NCBI GenBank assembly: GCA_964016885.1
Contig: OZ024755.1
Location: 26,784,001 to 26,848,000, forward strand
Reading direction: 5' to 3'
DNA length: 64,000 bases
Origin: Eledone cirrhosa
Lineage: Eukaryota
Position numbers and translations under genes: made by a program. The notes under the pieces were generated by a model. That model searched no databases, had not been told where the DNA came from, and worked only from the letters and a program-made list of their open reading frames with translations. This document shows positions 63,716 through 64,000 of the stretch, piece after piece (within the stretch, counting starts at the first letter, position 1; every line of letters begins with the position of its first letter).

Positions 63716-64000
63716 CTGTTAAATATAAGAAAACATTGTAATTTGCTTCTTTATTCCATGCAAACAAATATTACTAAATATGCTATACAATAGATTGGGG
63801 GGGGGGGGGGAAATTAGCCTACAAAATACCAGGTGATTTTTCTGCATGTAGATATGAAATCGTAATTCACAAAAAATATGCACAGAAATTGAACAAAGTC
63901 TGTTACACTCTCTTCTGTAATCCATGATACATTTAATAAACGAAAAAGGAGAAAATTTGCAACGGTAATATAAATCTTATATAAGCGATGTGATAAGTCT

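Overview
AT-rich eukaryotic genomic DNA, very dense in microsatellites, SINEs and LINEs. The repeat families and composition point to a coleoid cephalopod, most likely Octopus (inference; no database check was possible). Positions 1-45 kb are almost all repeats: tRNA-headed Meta/MESC-like SINEs, a CORE-like SINE, fragments of RTE, Tx1/L1, CR1 and R4/Dong LINEs, mariner, hAT, piggyBac and Helitron remnants, and 57-bp and 48-bp minisatellites. Two protein-coding genes lie at the right end, tail-to-tail. The first is a 9-coding-exon + strand gene (50652-59876, 935 aa by my splice reconstruction) encoding a DZIP3/TTC3-like RING-H2 E3 ligase, with a decayed piggyBac in its last intron. The second is the last exon of SCYL2 on the - strand (62969-63715). 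The strongest unexplained signal is a G-U-rich multi-stem RNA-like element with possible PSE/TATA/T5 signals at 37.75-37.97 kb. Also notable: a non-autonomous RTE family that carries a C2H2 finger and stacks in (TATG)n arrays, a SINE/LINE pair with 50 identical 3' nt, several long inverted repeats (potential ADAR substrates), and abutting opposite-strand poly(A) signals between the two genes. Most ORFs in the supplied track are microsatellite artefacts. No CRISPR array, rRNA or true tRNA gene was seen.
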